Assembly: GCA_905178155.1 (NCBI GenBank)
Contig: CAJINV010000024.1
Coordinates: 1 to 64,000 of the forward strand
Source of the DNA: Amoebophrya sp. A120
Taxonomy: Eukaryota; Protista; Dinoflagellata
Length of the DNA stretch: 64,000 nt
Direction: 5' to 3'
This document shows positions 49,401 through 60,434 of this stretch, one piece after another (the first letter of the stretch is position 1; the number at the start of each line of letters is the position of its first letter). The position numbers were made by a program, and so were the translations under genes. The notes below the pieces were generated by a model. The model saw nothing but the letters and a program-made list of their open reading frames with translations. It had not been told where the DNA came from and ran no database searches.

Positions 49401-50855
49401 TGGCCTGCGTTGCTGGGCCACTGTCCTGTGCGCAAATGCCCAGAATCCAAACACGCTCTATCAGGGGTGCCGCTAGAGTCACAGCAGGGACTTTACGCGC
49501 ACAGACTATCAGGTCTGCCCTGGATTCTGGGGGTGGGAGAGATGCGGCGACAGCGCAGGCGAATCTTGGTCGAGCGACAGCATCATCTTCCAGGGTCCAC
49601 AGGAAGAGCGGGCACCTGTGATTCAATTGAGGCAACGGCGGGGACGGACATGTTCCGCCCCCGTGCACACAACAACAGAGTAGCAGACCGGCCAAATGAT
49701 TGAAAGAGAGAAGGAGACAAAACGAAGCTACTTCACATGCAAGGACTTAAGAGGAGGAAACCAAAAAGCACAATAAAAATAGCTCTATACTACTTTGCTC
49801 CCCCCAAAAGATCGCCGTCGCATGGCCGTGGCTCCAGCGCACGCTCGCGTCCCGTGATGCGCCACACGGCATCTGCTGATGCGCGGACCCTGCGCGGAAG
49901 ATGTCTTCCCGAAAGCGTCCGACTCCACCCATGCTGGGGATTGTGCGGGGCCGCGTGTGGTGACCAGCCTTCTCATCGAAGACAGTAACGAAGCCCCCTT
50001 TTCCGCTCGTGTTGTGCTTTATACCGAGGTCCATGCTATGCTTGTCATGGCGCCTGCCAAATCCACCGGCAGTCATTGTCGGCGTGGCGGTCCTTTACCG
50101 TGCTTCTGGGCGTGGGCAAGACGGTAAGTCGATGGCTGTCGTCGGAGGAGAGGCCATGTACGATTTCAGTGTGCGCACGGACGCTCGGGGCGCCGATGCT
50201 CTAGCTAGTACTACTGTAAAGGGGCACAGAGGACCCGCCACGTACGGGTGTTTATCTACTTTCGTTTCGAAACTCCACTGCAGGGAGTCGGGGGAGGTAC
50301 CGACGTGGCGTCAGTGGTAGTTGTAAAACAATTTAGAAGATGAGCAACAGAATGGTCCTACTCTACGGCATAGCTCCCCCTGTTCTACATTGATGGATCT
50401 CAGGCAACAAGACAAAGTCTTGAGCCAAAATGGCTACGGGTTTACATTCTTGGAGAGCCTGCATGGAGAGCCTGCATGACAGGTTTACATTCTTCCAGAT
50501 GTATAGACGTATTTGCATTTGATACTGAAGGGGTTGTCGCTAAACATGGAGGTGTTCACATTGTCGTCCCACGAAATGGATCCTGTGCAAAAGTATCGCA
50601 CTCGTAGTAGTAATCGCAGTAATGCATTACAAATTTCTTTCTTAAGTTAAATCCGCATTACAAATTTTATTTCTCAAACTGAGGAAATTTGTCATGCGAT
50701 TTATACTAGTAAGTACGATGCTTTGCATTTGATAAAATGGAGCGGTTGTTGAGGAAGGCATTGTTCGTCCCATTCATCGGACTGTCGTCGTCGAAATTTC
50801 GAGTGAAGCCGCCCTGGGAATTTGTGAAAGTGCTTATCCTCCTGGTCCTTGCCAT
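43491..50855 (-). CDS. Ankyrin-repeat protein (~370-380 aa) split by 15 introners; start uncertain
   Basis: Reconstructed frame includes GGTFFHYAAKKNNKPLFDYLV...IDDFGKKAIDLA and NGQTILHYAAKTGKEDLCHFLILHYGADPEQKCHHGHDAAWYA, ending in TAA at 43491-43493. Candidate ATGs at 50855 and 50777. Confidence 0.87.
43591..43851. mobile_element. Introner family A
   Basis: Family A ends; DR GACAC/GGCAC. Confidence 0.9.
43896..44160. mobile_element. Introner family A
   Basis: Family A TIRs; DR AGAAG/AGAAA. Confidence 0.92.
44256..44577. mobile_element. Introner family B
   Basis: Family B TIRs; perfect DR AGCCC. Confidence 0.92.
44640..44798. mobile_element. Introner family C
   Basis: Family C TIRs; DR CAGCT/CGGCT. 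Confidence 0.9.
44848..45074. mobile_element. Introner family E
   Basis: TIR TATGAGAGTGCACAACTC; perfect DR TCCTG. Confidence 0.92.
45109..45373. mobile_element. Introner family A
   Basis: Family A TIRs; perfect DR GGATT. Confidence 0.92.
45468..45778. mobile_element. Introner family B
   Basis: Family B TIRs; no 5-bp DR, but removing element +2 or +5 nt keeps the frame. Confidence 0.85.
45820..46035. mobile_element. Introner family E
   Basis: Perfect DR CCTTC; can be drawn as GT-AG on the - strand. Confidence 0.92.
46114..46750. mobile_element. Introner family H containing a 113-bp tandem repeat (~4 copies)
   Basis: TATCCAGAGGAAAAACGTC vs reverse complement TACCCGGAGTCAAAAACGTC; DR CGGGA/CGAGA; TCCCAGGATC at 46241, 46354, 46467 and 46580. 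Confidence 0.88.
46890..47151. mobile_element. Introner family A
   Basis: Family A TIRs; DR GAGGC/GGGGC. Confidence 0.92.
47216..47527. mobile_element. Introner family A with an internal perfect palindrome
   Basis: DR GCCAA/GCCAG; 51-bp arms at 47292-47342 and 47344-47394. Confidence 0.9.
47621..47767. mobile_element. Introner family C
   Basis: Family C TIRs; DR CGTGT/CGTGC. Confidence 0.9.
47830..47980. mobile_element. Introner family C
   Basis: Family C TIRs; perfect DR TGGAC. Confidence 0.92.
48281..50461 (-). mobile_element. Spliced-leader-headed retroposed insertion with 15-bp TSD
   Basis: TSD CATGGAGAGCCTGCA at 48266-48280 and 50462-50476; DinoSL at the 5' end; no long ORF and no poly(A). 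Confidence 0.85.
50419..50439 (-). other. Genomic copy of the dinoflagellate spliced leader (DinoSL)
   Basis: - strand reads CCGTAGCCATTTTGGCTCAAG, an exact match to the last 21 nt of the 22-nt DinoSL DCCGTAGCCATTTTGGCTCAAG. Confidence 0.95.
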
Positions 50856-53800
50856 CCTCGCCCGGCGAGGGGGGAAGGCGAAACCTCGCAACGTCGGGTT
50901 GCATCACCCCTTTCTCGTACCACTCGTTGCAGGTATTCAAAAGTGGCTGAAGTACGTTAGCCGAAGCATCTCTTCTTCCCGTCTGGTCGTGGAGGAAGCC
51001 CACACGAGAGACCAACGCCGGCAGATACACGTATTTGATCAGCAGGTACTGCTCCGAGAATTTGAATACGTTTAACGCATCCGGCGGCAGGCCTGGGAGA
51101 CCGGACTTTACGCGCTCATCTTCCTGCCTGGCTGCCATGTCCGCATCTCGGATGGCGATTTGAAAAAGGGACTCGTACTTCTGCGCTGTTTTGGAAGATG
51201 CGGAGGAACTTCTCTGTGAGGCCGACGGCCCCTTGTGATCTCCGTTGAAATTGAAGCCTATGCATTGCAAAAATGTCTGGGGCTGGAACGAAGCAACTTG
51301 TCATGCTAAATCTGAATCATGTGAAAATCTGTGTTGCATGATTCCCAAAAGCCATCCACTTTTGACCTAATCGAGAGACAATTTCTTATGCAGGATAGAC
51401 ATGATAGAACTTCCACAGAATCTGTCATGCTATGTCCTACCTACCTGACCGCACGGGCCATGGAAAACCTGCATGACAAGTCTGGCATTCTTCCAGACCC
51501 AGACATTTTTGCATTTGATAAAACCGATTCCCGCACGATTTGGGTTCTCCGTTTCCTGCTCGAAGGCCGATTTGTACCGGTTCACGAGCATATGGATTGT
51601 AAAAGTGTCTGGGTCTGGAAGGTTGCAACTTGTCATGCTAATTCTGGATCATGCAAAAATCTGTGTTGCATGAGTGCCAACAGCTGTCCACTTTCGACCA
51701 AGTTGGCAGGGAGTTTCTCATGCAGGATAGGCATGGTAGGGATCTCACAGAATCTGTCATGCTGGGTCTCGCATTCCAGACCTCATGGCTCATGGAAAAT
51801 ATGCATGACAATGCTAGAAATCTTCCAGACCCAGACATTTTTGCATTCGATAGAGCACGATTAGCTGCGAAGCCCAGTTGTGAAAATCCTGGGCCAGGAG
51901 GTGGTGGACCTCGCGCCAGTCTTGTTGGCCCCAAAAATTGACGATTGTAGATTCGCGAGTTCTACAACTACTTCCGTGGTTGGCGTGGGCGGCGAGAGCA
52001 GCAAACACTTTTTGTGCAACGGGAAGTGCGCAGATGGTTCCCGACCAGTCGTGCAAAAGCATTGCTAGCACGTCGACCAGCGATTGCTGGGCCAGCCTGC
52101 CGACCGTCTCGTACATAACGCGCGTGATGGTGTCTATCTTCGCGCAGCTCTCCTCGGTGCCGGAATCATCGCGCCTGAAGAGGAGAGTTGCAAGCTCGTC
52201 CATTTTCGCTAGGTAAATATCCAGAATTTCTCGAAGCTCGTCGTCATGCGCAACGACCGGCTGTCGCTCAATCTCGGTCTCGGCAACACCACGATACGAG
52301 CGGGAGAGTATCTTCGCGGAGGCGCGATCAGGACTGCGGCCTTGCAATTTTTGAATGCAGCCTCCAACCATGAGAGGGGAGCCAGACCGCTCCACGCACG
52401 CCAGATTCGTAAGCATTGCAATGCTAGATCGCCGAACCAAGTGCAAGCACGCGGGCTTCAGCTTGAGCTGAGCGCTTTCTTTCTTCTCGCCGTAGTAAGG
52501 CAACAAATTTACCACGTAGCGCTTGCAGGCTTCCCGCTCCCCCGCTGACAGAGTTGTGTCCGATACTTCTCCAACAACCTCTGCATACCGGCCATTCAAC
52601 TCTGGACGCGACTGTAGATCCTGTACCAAAATTAGGTCACCTTTGAAAAAAAGCGACGACGCTAACATTTTTGCGTGGTCTTGTTCAGCGGTCTTCTTTT
52701 TGATTCGCAGAAAACGGTGCGAGCCACGTTCACTTATCGGACACTGCTCGCACTTCGTTAGCATGTACTGGTAGACCGGGGTGATCGAGACCAGAAACCA
52801 GGCACTCACCGTGAACAGTTCTATTTGTTGAAGCAGCGCGACGCCGGTTTCCTTGTCGAGCGCACGCAGGTCCAAGACCTTTGTGTCGGTGTCGTCCGGA
52901 ACATCAGCCGTGCTCCGGTTTCGCTGAATTTCTGCCAGGAGTTTGTACGGGTCGTCTTTCTGCTCAGCCGCAAATTTCTTCACGACTCGATCCACTTTAT
53001 CATAGAGTTTGTCCAAGCGCTCCTCGTCCTTAATGTCATCGAAGTCATCGGGGTCATCACCCCATTCTTGTTTCATCTGCCTGCGCACCATCTTTTCTGT
53101 GAGAATTTCTCCGTACTGCAATTCCTGTTGGCGTTCTGGGACCCCCCTCGCGAACTCGACCAACAAACGGCGGACTGCTCCATACAGGTTCCGTAACGCA
53201 AAGCCCCGAAGTTGCCGCGGATCGTCCTCTTCCTCCAGCGGATCCTGAAGAACGGTAATGCAGGACATCATCATGTTGTCAACATGCACGCTCATCTCCC
53301 CAACTGCGTTCAGTGGAATCACGCCAGACATTGTTCCGCGAAGTATGTAATCGGAAATACTCCTGTTGGCCGGGTCTGCTGTCCCTGTAAAAAGTACGTA
53401 AGAGGCGCCGAAAGCCCCTTGCGCTGCAACCTGTCGGTCCTGCAACTCCCTTTGCAATCTGAGTTTCGCGTCCTCGGATGCGTTCGCGGCCTGCTGTCGT
53501 AAAAAGAAGCTCGCCACGCCATCCCTACTTGCGATTTTTGCTTTGGCCGAAACAATCTTCTCGTTACACCGCACTGTCCGTCCGTCTGCTGTTGACGTGC
53601 CAAGAACCTTCCACGAGTCGGGTGAGATTTCTCTCAGTGGTACTCCGAAAGCCGCTACGAGAACTTCCAGTGTCTTCTTCGTTTCCTCAAATTTGCAGTA
53701 GGTAAAAAACTCCTCTCGGAGCCGAGAGATGATCAAAACCGCACACAGCGCGAATCCGGCGGCGAAATTCTTCACGACATAATCGCGCGGCAAAAACTTC

Positions 53801-53960
53801 TTTTCCGTCGCTTCCGCGATGAACTTGTAGGCATCTATGATTGAATCCAGGTACACGTTGGCTGCGTGCAGCTTTTGCGTGAGGTCCCGGTTCTCCTCAA
53901 TTGAAGCAGGCACGGTGTTTGCCTCGCCATAGCGATCCACCGCGACGACTCTTTCTACTT
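50540..53960 (-). CDS. Long hypothetical coding segment (~950 aa) with two or three introners; likely a continuation of the HicA-like gene across a frame break
   Basis: 776-codon ORF continued in frame across elements 51591 and 51259. Contains GDLILVQDLQSRPELNGRYAEV...RYVVNL...LKLKPACL, an SH3-like-fold motif common in algal proteins (recognised from memory). Confidence 0.7.
50579..50734. mobile_element. Introner family C
   Basis: Left end GATCCTGTGCAAAAGTATCG (terminal T>G); perfect DR AAATG. Confidence 0.9.
51259..51520. mobile_element. Introner family A
   Basis: Family A TIRs; DR AAGCC/AAACC. Confidence 0.92.
51591..51852. mobile_element. Introner family A
   Basis: Family A TIRs; perfect DR GAGCA. 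Confidence 0.92.
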
Positions 53961-55599
53961 CTGCAGTTGAATCGCCCGCGCTGCAATCTTGATCCACATG
54001 TCCTCCTGTCGCTCCCGCACTTGCCCGGTCTTTGTCCAGTACCTGCTGTGCATTTCCCCTAGCAGGTACAAGATCTGCCACAGGCCGTTCGTTTCGTTCT
54101 GCGACACGTAGTATGGATTGCAAAAGTGTCTGCGTCTGGAACAATGCAGGAATTTGTCATGCAGATTTTGCATGACCGATGAGGTCTGTGATGCATGCCC
54201 TAGCATCAGAGATTTTGCGAGGGCTTTCATCACATGCTCATACCGCATGAGAAATGCCCTCTCCACGTAGCACAAATTACACCTCTTTTGCTGTTCATGC
54301 AATACAGATTTTATGTAGATTCCAAAAGTAGCATCACAAGTTGCATTCTTCCAGACCCAGACACTTTTGCATTTGATGCGTAGCCGCTGTCAACGACACG
54401 AAAAACCCGCGCGTCAAGTACCGTTACCAGCAAGAAGTCTAGCGTTTCCTTGGTTTCTTCCGAAAGCAGGTCGAAAGAAACGGCAGTCTGTGGTGCAGCT
54501 CGCGAAGAACCAGACTGGCTGCCAGACGAGGTGGACTGCTTGGCCGATGGAAGTGGAGGATTTTTCGCGTCTGAAGATTCAATATTCGACAAAAAAGCCT
54601 GGTTGCCGTTCGTTTCTTGCGTCGTCGTCGTCGCGCCAGGTGTTGTTCCTGACGCAGAAGGAGGTCGCGGTTGTGCAACAAGCACCAAATGATAATTACC
54701 GGGTAAATCTCTTGACTTCATGTCCTTCAGCAGGCGACCGCTGAAGCGCTTGTGTTCGTACAGGAACTGCTTCAGGACGCGCTCTGCCAGCTCATGCTGC
54801 GCATCCCCGAGCAGGTCGTACACATGGGAAATGATTCCTGCAGCGATTTGCTCCGCTACCTCAGACTGGCTTTTGCAGCTGGCCTTCCCATCCGACGGAG
54901 CTGCTTCTGCGTCCTCGCCCAGTCGCGTCTCAGTGACCAAGATCGGATGCTCTTGCCAGGCCAGCTTTCTGTTCGCACGCAGGTCTGCTGGTGCTTGTTC
55001 GTCAGTATTCGTAACACCCTTCCTCGCCCGGAGGGCGGGCCCAGCTTCCGCCTGTCTGGCGGCTGCGGCGTCGTTTGCGTTCTGCAGTTCCGCCTCGCGA
55101 CGAGTTTTCTTCAGGTCGAGCTCTTGCCGTTCTAGCTCGCGTTTCCGGACTTGCAACATGGTGAGACGCCACGTCTCCTGACTTACCAAATTTTTGGAGT
55201 GCACCGAAACCGGAATGACCTTGTATCCTTCCCGCTTGAAAATGCGGCCTGTGACAGTGCACAACTTGTTCCCCTCCCTTTCATCTGAAAGGCGTGACCA
55301 GCAAAAGAAACGCAACCGAATATATTTATAAGCCTGCGCATGTGCATGACAAGTTGCTGCCCGGTACATAAACTGCATCAGCATAATGTGAATCCGCTTC
55401 TGGGATTTGTCATGCAGACAGGGCCAAACGGAAACGGCATTTGCATGACAAGTGAGGGGAAACCGGAATTGTGCATTCTCATACGATGGCTGCCGCATGT
55501 GTGATCCTTCACCCAGCCTTTCTCTCGCAAAATTTTCTCCAGGTCGACCAGCCTGTACGTAGGGGGAGTGTCGGATTCCTCCTGGCGCGCAACAGCCAT
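53955..55599 (-). CDS. Protein with an N-terminal HicA-like domain followed by a coiled coil
   Basis: ATG at 55599; after removing 55250-55483 the frame reads YRLVDLEKILREKGWVKDHTCGSH(R)RIFKREGYKVIPVSVHSKNLVSQETWRLTMLQV, fitting the HicA pattern LxxxGW...GSHxxF...VPxH. Confidence 0.7.
54112..54378. mobile_element. Introner family A
   Basis: Right end TTTGATG (terminal A>G); perfect DR CGTAG. Confidence 0.9.
55250..55483. mobile_element. Degenerate introner family E, now drawable as GT-AG
   Basis: TGTGACAGTGCACAAC vs reverse complement TATGAGAATGCACAAT; DR decayed; - strand C|GTATGAG...TCACAG|GC keeps the frame. Confidence 0.8.
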
Positions 55600-56549
55600 C
55601 TTGCTCTGCCTTCGATTTATAGATATACGGATGGAAAAAAAGAGGCTGTCGGAACGACTATTGTCGAAAAAACGCGAGAAACATCAAAGCAAAGTGCGAA
55701 ATCAGGAAAGCTCCATTATTCGATGCACAGAGGTCAACTCTAAAAATCGCTACCACTAGAAGAGAAGTACATAACGTAAGTCTTTAAAACCCGATCATGC
55801 TATTGCTTACATATTGAAAGGCCACATCGGGCATCGTTTCGTTTGAAAACGTACATACTGCAAGTACAGAAGTAAAGAATAATCACCACCATGATCCAGC
55901 TTGTCTTCTGTCGGTTACGGGAGCTCAAGAGGGTACGAAAATGGAGCCTTGTTGAAATTCTAGCGCACTTTTCAGACGATGGGGTACGCGATTCTGTTCA
56001 GCGTCGAACCGTTTCTGATGCGTTTTTGTTCTTCTTTGAATCCTTTTTGATGAAGGGACGATGGGCCGCTATCTATCACACGACCACAGGTATTAAAAGC
56101 AGCCGAGCTGAACGAAGGTGACGTCGTGACTAAGTGCGCACGAAGCTTTTCCGAACGACAGATTACTCGCACATCGGGATACGAAGACTACGGCTTTCGG
56201 AGCACGATTGCAACACACGAGCTACTTGTTCAGATCTGTACGTATTCCCTGTCGGAGTCCCTTTTTCTACAGAAATAAACCGTGTCACCAACCCTGACAA
56301 TAAGACTGGGGCTATCTATTCACAATTGTACTGGACGAGGAAGCACAGACAATTTGTTCTACAGCTATTGGATGCAGTGGATCGGTAACTGTACGAAGCG
56401 GATCGGTAGCTATTGGCACGAGTATGACTTGCCCCACCTCGAATACGATGAGCCTTCTTTCGTCGAGGAACAGAAAACGATACCGAATCGAAACAACGAA
56501 CACAAAGCACCAAAAAAAACATCCCCATATCGAAAAGGAAACTTGTGAT

Positions 56550-58590
56550 GCTGGTACGCACTCTCTTCAAGGTTTTTGCGTATTTCGGTCCTGGTAAATG
56601 TTTTAACATCCGGGGAAATTACTCGTCGCTACTGCTTCTGCATGTTGCAAGCGGTACGCATTTTCCTTGATCTTTCTTCGTAGTCCGCCCCGGGAGAGAA
56701 AGAAATCTTCTGGGCTAATTACTTCCTCTGACTGCTTCCCGCTATCTTGTTCTGGTACGCATTTTCTTCAAGGTTTTTGCGTAGTCCGCTCCTGGTAAAG
56801 GTTGCAGCTGCCGGGGAAATTAGTCGTAGCTATTGCTTCTGCATGTTGCAAGCGGTACGCATTTTCCTGGGTCTTTCTTCGTAGTCCGCCCCGGGAGAGA
56901 AAGAAATCTTCTGGGCTAATTACTTGCTCTGACTGCTTCCCGCTATCTTGTTCTGGTACGCATTTTCTTCAAGGTTTTTGCGTAGTCCGCTCCTGGTAAA
57001 GGTTGCAGCTGCCGGGGAAATTAGTCGTAGCTATTGCTTCTGCATGTTGCAAGCGGTACGCATTTTCCTGGGTCTTTCTTCGTAGTCCGCCCCGGGAGAG
57101 AAAGAAATCTTCTGGGCTAATTACTTGCTCTGACTGCTTCCCGCTATCTTGTTCTGGTACGCATTTTCTTCAAGGTTTTTGCGTAGTCCGCTCCTGGTAA
57201 AGGTTGCAGCTGCCGGGGAAATTAGTCGTAGCTATTGCTTCTGCATGTTGCAAGCGGTACGCATTTTCCTGGGTCTTTCTTCGTAGTCCGCCCCGGGAGA
57301 GAAAGAAATCTTCTGGGCTAATTACTTGCTCTGACTGCTTCCCGCTATCTTGTTCTGGTACGCATTTTCTTCAAGGTTTTTGCGTAGTCCGCTCCTGGTA
57401 AAGGTTGCAGCTGCCGGGGAAATTAGTCGTAGCTATTGCTTCTGCATGTTGCAAGCGGTACGCATTTTCCTGGGTCTTTCTTCGTAGTCCGCCCCGGGAG
57501 AGAAAGAAATCTTCTGGGCTAATTACTTGCTCTGGCTGCTTCCTGCTGTCTTCTTCTGGTACGCATTTTCTTCAAGGTTTTTGCGTAGTCCGCCCCTGGT
57601 AAGTGTTGCAGCTTCCGGGGAAATTACTCGTCGCTACTGCTTCTGCATGTTGCATGTGGTGCGCTTTATTCTTTATCTTCCTTCGCAGTCCGCTCCGGGA
57701 GAGAAAGAAGTCTTCTGGGCTAATTACTTGCTTTGACTGCTTCCCGCTATCTTCTTCCGGTACGCATTTTCTTCAAGGTTTTTGCGTAGTCCGCTCCTGG
57801 TAAAAGTTGCAGCTGCCGGGCAAATTACTCGTAGCGACTGCTTTTGCATATCGCCTGTGGTGCGCATTATTCTTGACCTTCCTTCGCAGTCCGCTCCGGG
57901 AGAGAAAGAAACCTTCTGGGCTAATTACTTGCTCTGACTGGTTCCCGCTATCTTCTTCCGGTACGCATTTTCTTCAAGGTTTTTGCGTAGTCCGCTCCTG
58001 GTAAAAGTTGCAGCTGCCGGGCAAATTACTCGTAGGGACTGCTTCTGCATGTTGCCTGTGGTGCGCATTATTCTTGATCTCCCTCCGCAGTCCGCTCCGG
58101 GAGAGAAAGAAATCCTCTGGGCTAATTACTTGCTTTGACTGCTTCCCGCTATCTTCTTCCGGTACACATTTTCTTCAAGGTTTCTGCGTAGTCCGTTCCT
58201 GGTAAAAGTTGCAGCTGCCGGGCAAATTACTCGTAGCGACTGCTTCTGCATGTTGCATGTGGTGCGCATTATTCTTGATCTTCCTTCGCAGTCCGCTCCG
58301 GGAGACAAAGAAATCTTCTGGGCTAATTTATTACTTGCTTTGACTGCTTCCCGCTATCTTGTTCCGGTACGCATTTTCTTCAAACTTTTTGCGTAGTCCG
58401 CTCCTGGTAAAGGTTGCAGCTGTCGGGCAAATTACTCGTAGAGACTGCTTCTGCATGTTGGATGTGGTGCGCATTATTCTTGATCTTCCTCCGCAATCCG
58501 CCCCGGGAGAGAAAGAAACCCTCTTGGCTAATTACTTGCTTTGACTGCTTCCCGCTATCTTCTCCTGGTGCGCATTTTCTTCAATAATTC
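56550..58590. repeat. 201-bp tandem repeat, ~10 copies
   Basis: GTTGCAGCTGCCGGGGAAAT at 56801, 57002, 57203 and 57404; early copies identical, later copies diverged. Confidence 0.96.
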
Positions 58591-60434
58591 GCTCAACATC
58601 GCACTGCCCCGCTATCTTTTGCAGGTACGTACTTACCGGTAGCTTCTGGAACTATCAATATGCGGAGAGCCACTTCTCGGACGCAGCAACTAACGTGCCT
58701 CACAACTCGGAATTCGTGCGTATCGGTTTCAAATAGAATCACAAGTAAATTCGTTGTACAACACTGATTCTCTTTGACACGCAGCCGTGCTTTAGAAGTG
58801 AACAAACGCTTGACGAGGTACTATATTAAGTTCGTTCAACAGATGCCGGCCAACACAGATCTTTCGTGCGCATAAGAGCTTCATCATGCTCGTCGATTGA
58901 CGAAGGACGAAGAACACGGGACACAGAAGTAAAGGAAATTTCTTCCTTCCAACTGCGGTGGTGTTGGGAGGAAGTCGGCTATCGCTCTATGCATGTTGAT
59001 GCACGTTCTGTCTCTGTGCAATTTGAATGTGATCAACGTTTGGACGTACACGGAGCACAACATTCATGAACCAACCTTGATTATGTGCAAAGCTCCTAGG
59101 ACAAGAAGAGCATGGTCAAAACAATCTCCACCATATTCGTTAGATGTGGGCCTTCTGCAGGGCCTGAGAGAAGCTCATCACTTGCAGCTCGAATTTGAAT
59201 ATACCATAGACCACGGCGAGTGGGTACTACTACTCGCGCAAAATAATTTGTAAGTAAAGACTATTTCTTTTCGGACTTTAAACAATACTTAGCATGGCCA
59301 CGGATGGTCTAAGTGACCAGCAGCAGCTGAGTAGAAACGTCTCGCGTTCGTGAGGACTACTGGATGGAGCACATCATTATCCGAGATTGAAACATGAGTG
59401 ATTATTATCTTACAGTGGCACTATGGTGGTCCAATAGTTGTGCTGTCAGTGAGCTTTGATCTGTAGTACGAAAAAGGCGCTTTCGTGCTTGTCTTTTCTG
59501 GCCCTTTCCTCCCGGACACGCAGGTGGTATCGTACGGAAAAAACATCCTGGTCAAGGTCGGCTAACTAACGGCAGCATCCGTTTTTTTGTTTTATTTTTC
59601 TTTCCCAAGCACAGCGATTTTCGTGTGAAGCCCTTAATTATGAACGATGTTGGTACGTTTGTGAGGTCGACGACGCGCCACCAACACACGATAAATGATG
59701 CATCGGCTTTTCTCTCTCGACTTGACCATGGATATTTCAATCCTCTTCGCCTTCCTTGTCCGCCTCGCCGCCCACCTCCTCCGGTTCCGTTTTTTCGGAA
59801 TCCTCCAGTTCCTGCTATCACACGCAAACCTACTCGTGCCGTGCAATCAAATCTTTTGGTCACAGTCACAACAGAAAGCAAAATTTAAATTACGGTCTAG
59901 AAATATGAAACAAAATCCTACTGCGGAGTCATTGCAAACTCTCACCTTGTATGGTTGTACTGCATTATTTACGTACGATAGCTCTTCGTGTTCGTCTGCG
60001 CCGTCCTCTGGTTTGGCATCCAGCCACCTGCTCACCTCCTTATTTGCCTTCGGAAGAGAATCCAGGAACTACAAAAAAGGGTTTGCTAGCTTCCGAGGAT
60101 GCAACTATTACTTCCACACGAAAACTGCCTGTCGCGCAACGGCACCTGCGTTTGCCGTTCAAAGCTGAACAAACAGACAAAGACGCAGTTGTTTTACATG
60201 CAACTATTGTAGTTCTGCTATGGTATCCATATCCTACCATCAACCTACGAGTACACCCTGGATACACTTGGAAATTCTGCCGTGCAGCGGCTTCTGCTCC
60301 GTTCCCTTTTCCCGGACCTTAAGAATTTGAGGCAGATCAAAGTCGTGTAATTGTTGCATGAAAAAGGAAACCATACGAGCCACAATAGCAAAAGGAAATT
60401 TTTGATGAGCGCTTTTATGTAATTGCGCTGCTAC

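Larger units (their letters stand above)
48060..50524. mobile_element. Introner family A interrupted by a 2.2-kb insertion
   Basis: Family A halves at 48060-48280 and 50462-50524; perfect DR CTGAA; removal joins DNPFS to NGQIMIQ. Confidence 0.92.

Noticed and set aside
48866-49450. VWVHHGDEI as a reverse-transcriptase catalytic motif
   Set aside because: It lacks the DD pair and no other RT motifs surround it.
56802-58544. Tandem 65-aa ORFs as a peptide gene array
   Set aside because: They are translations of the 201-bp repeat from non-ATG starts, with no independent coding evidence.
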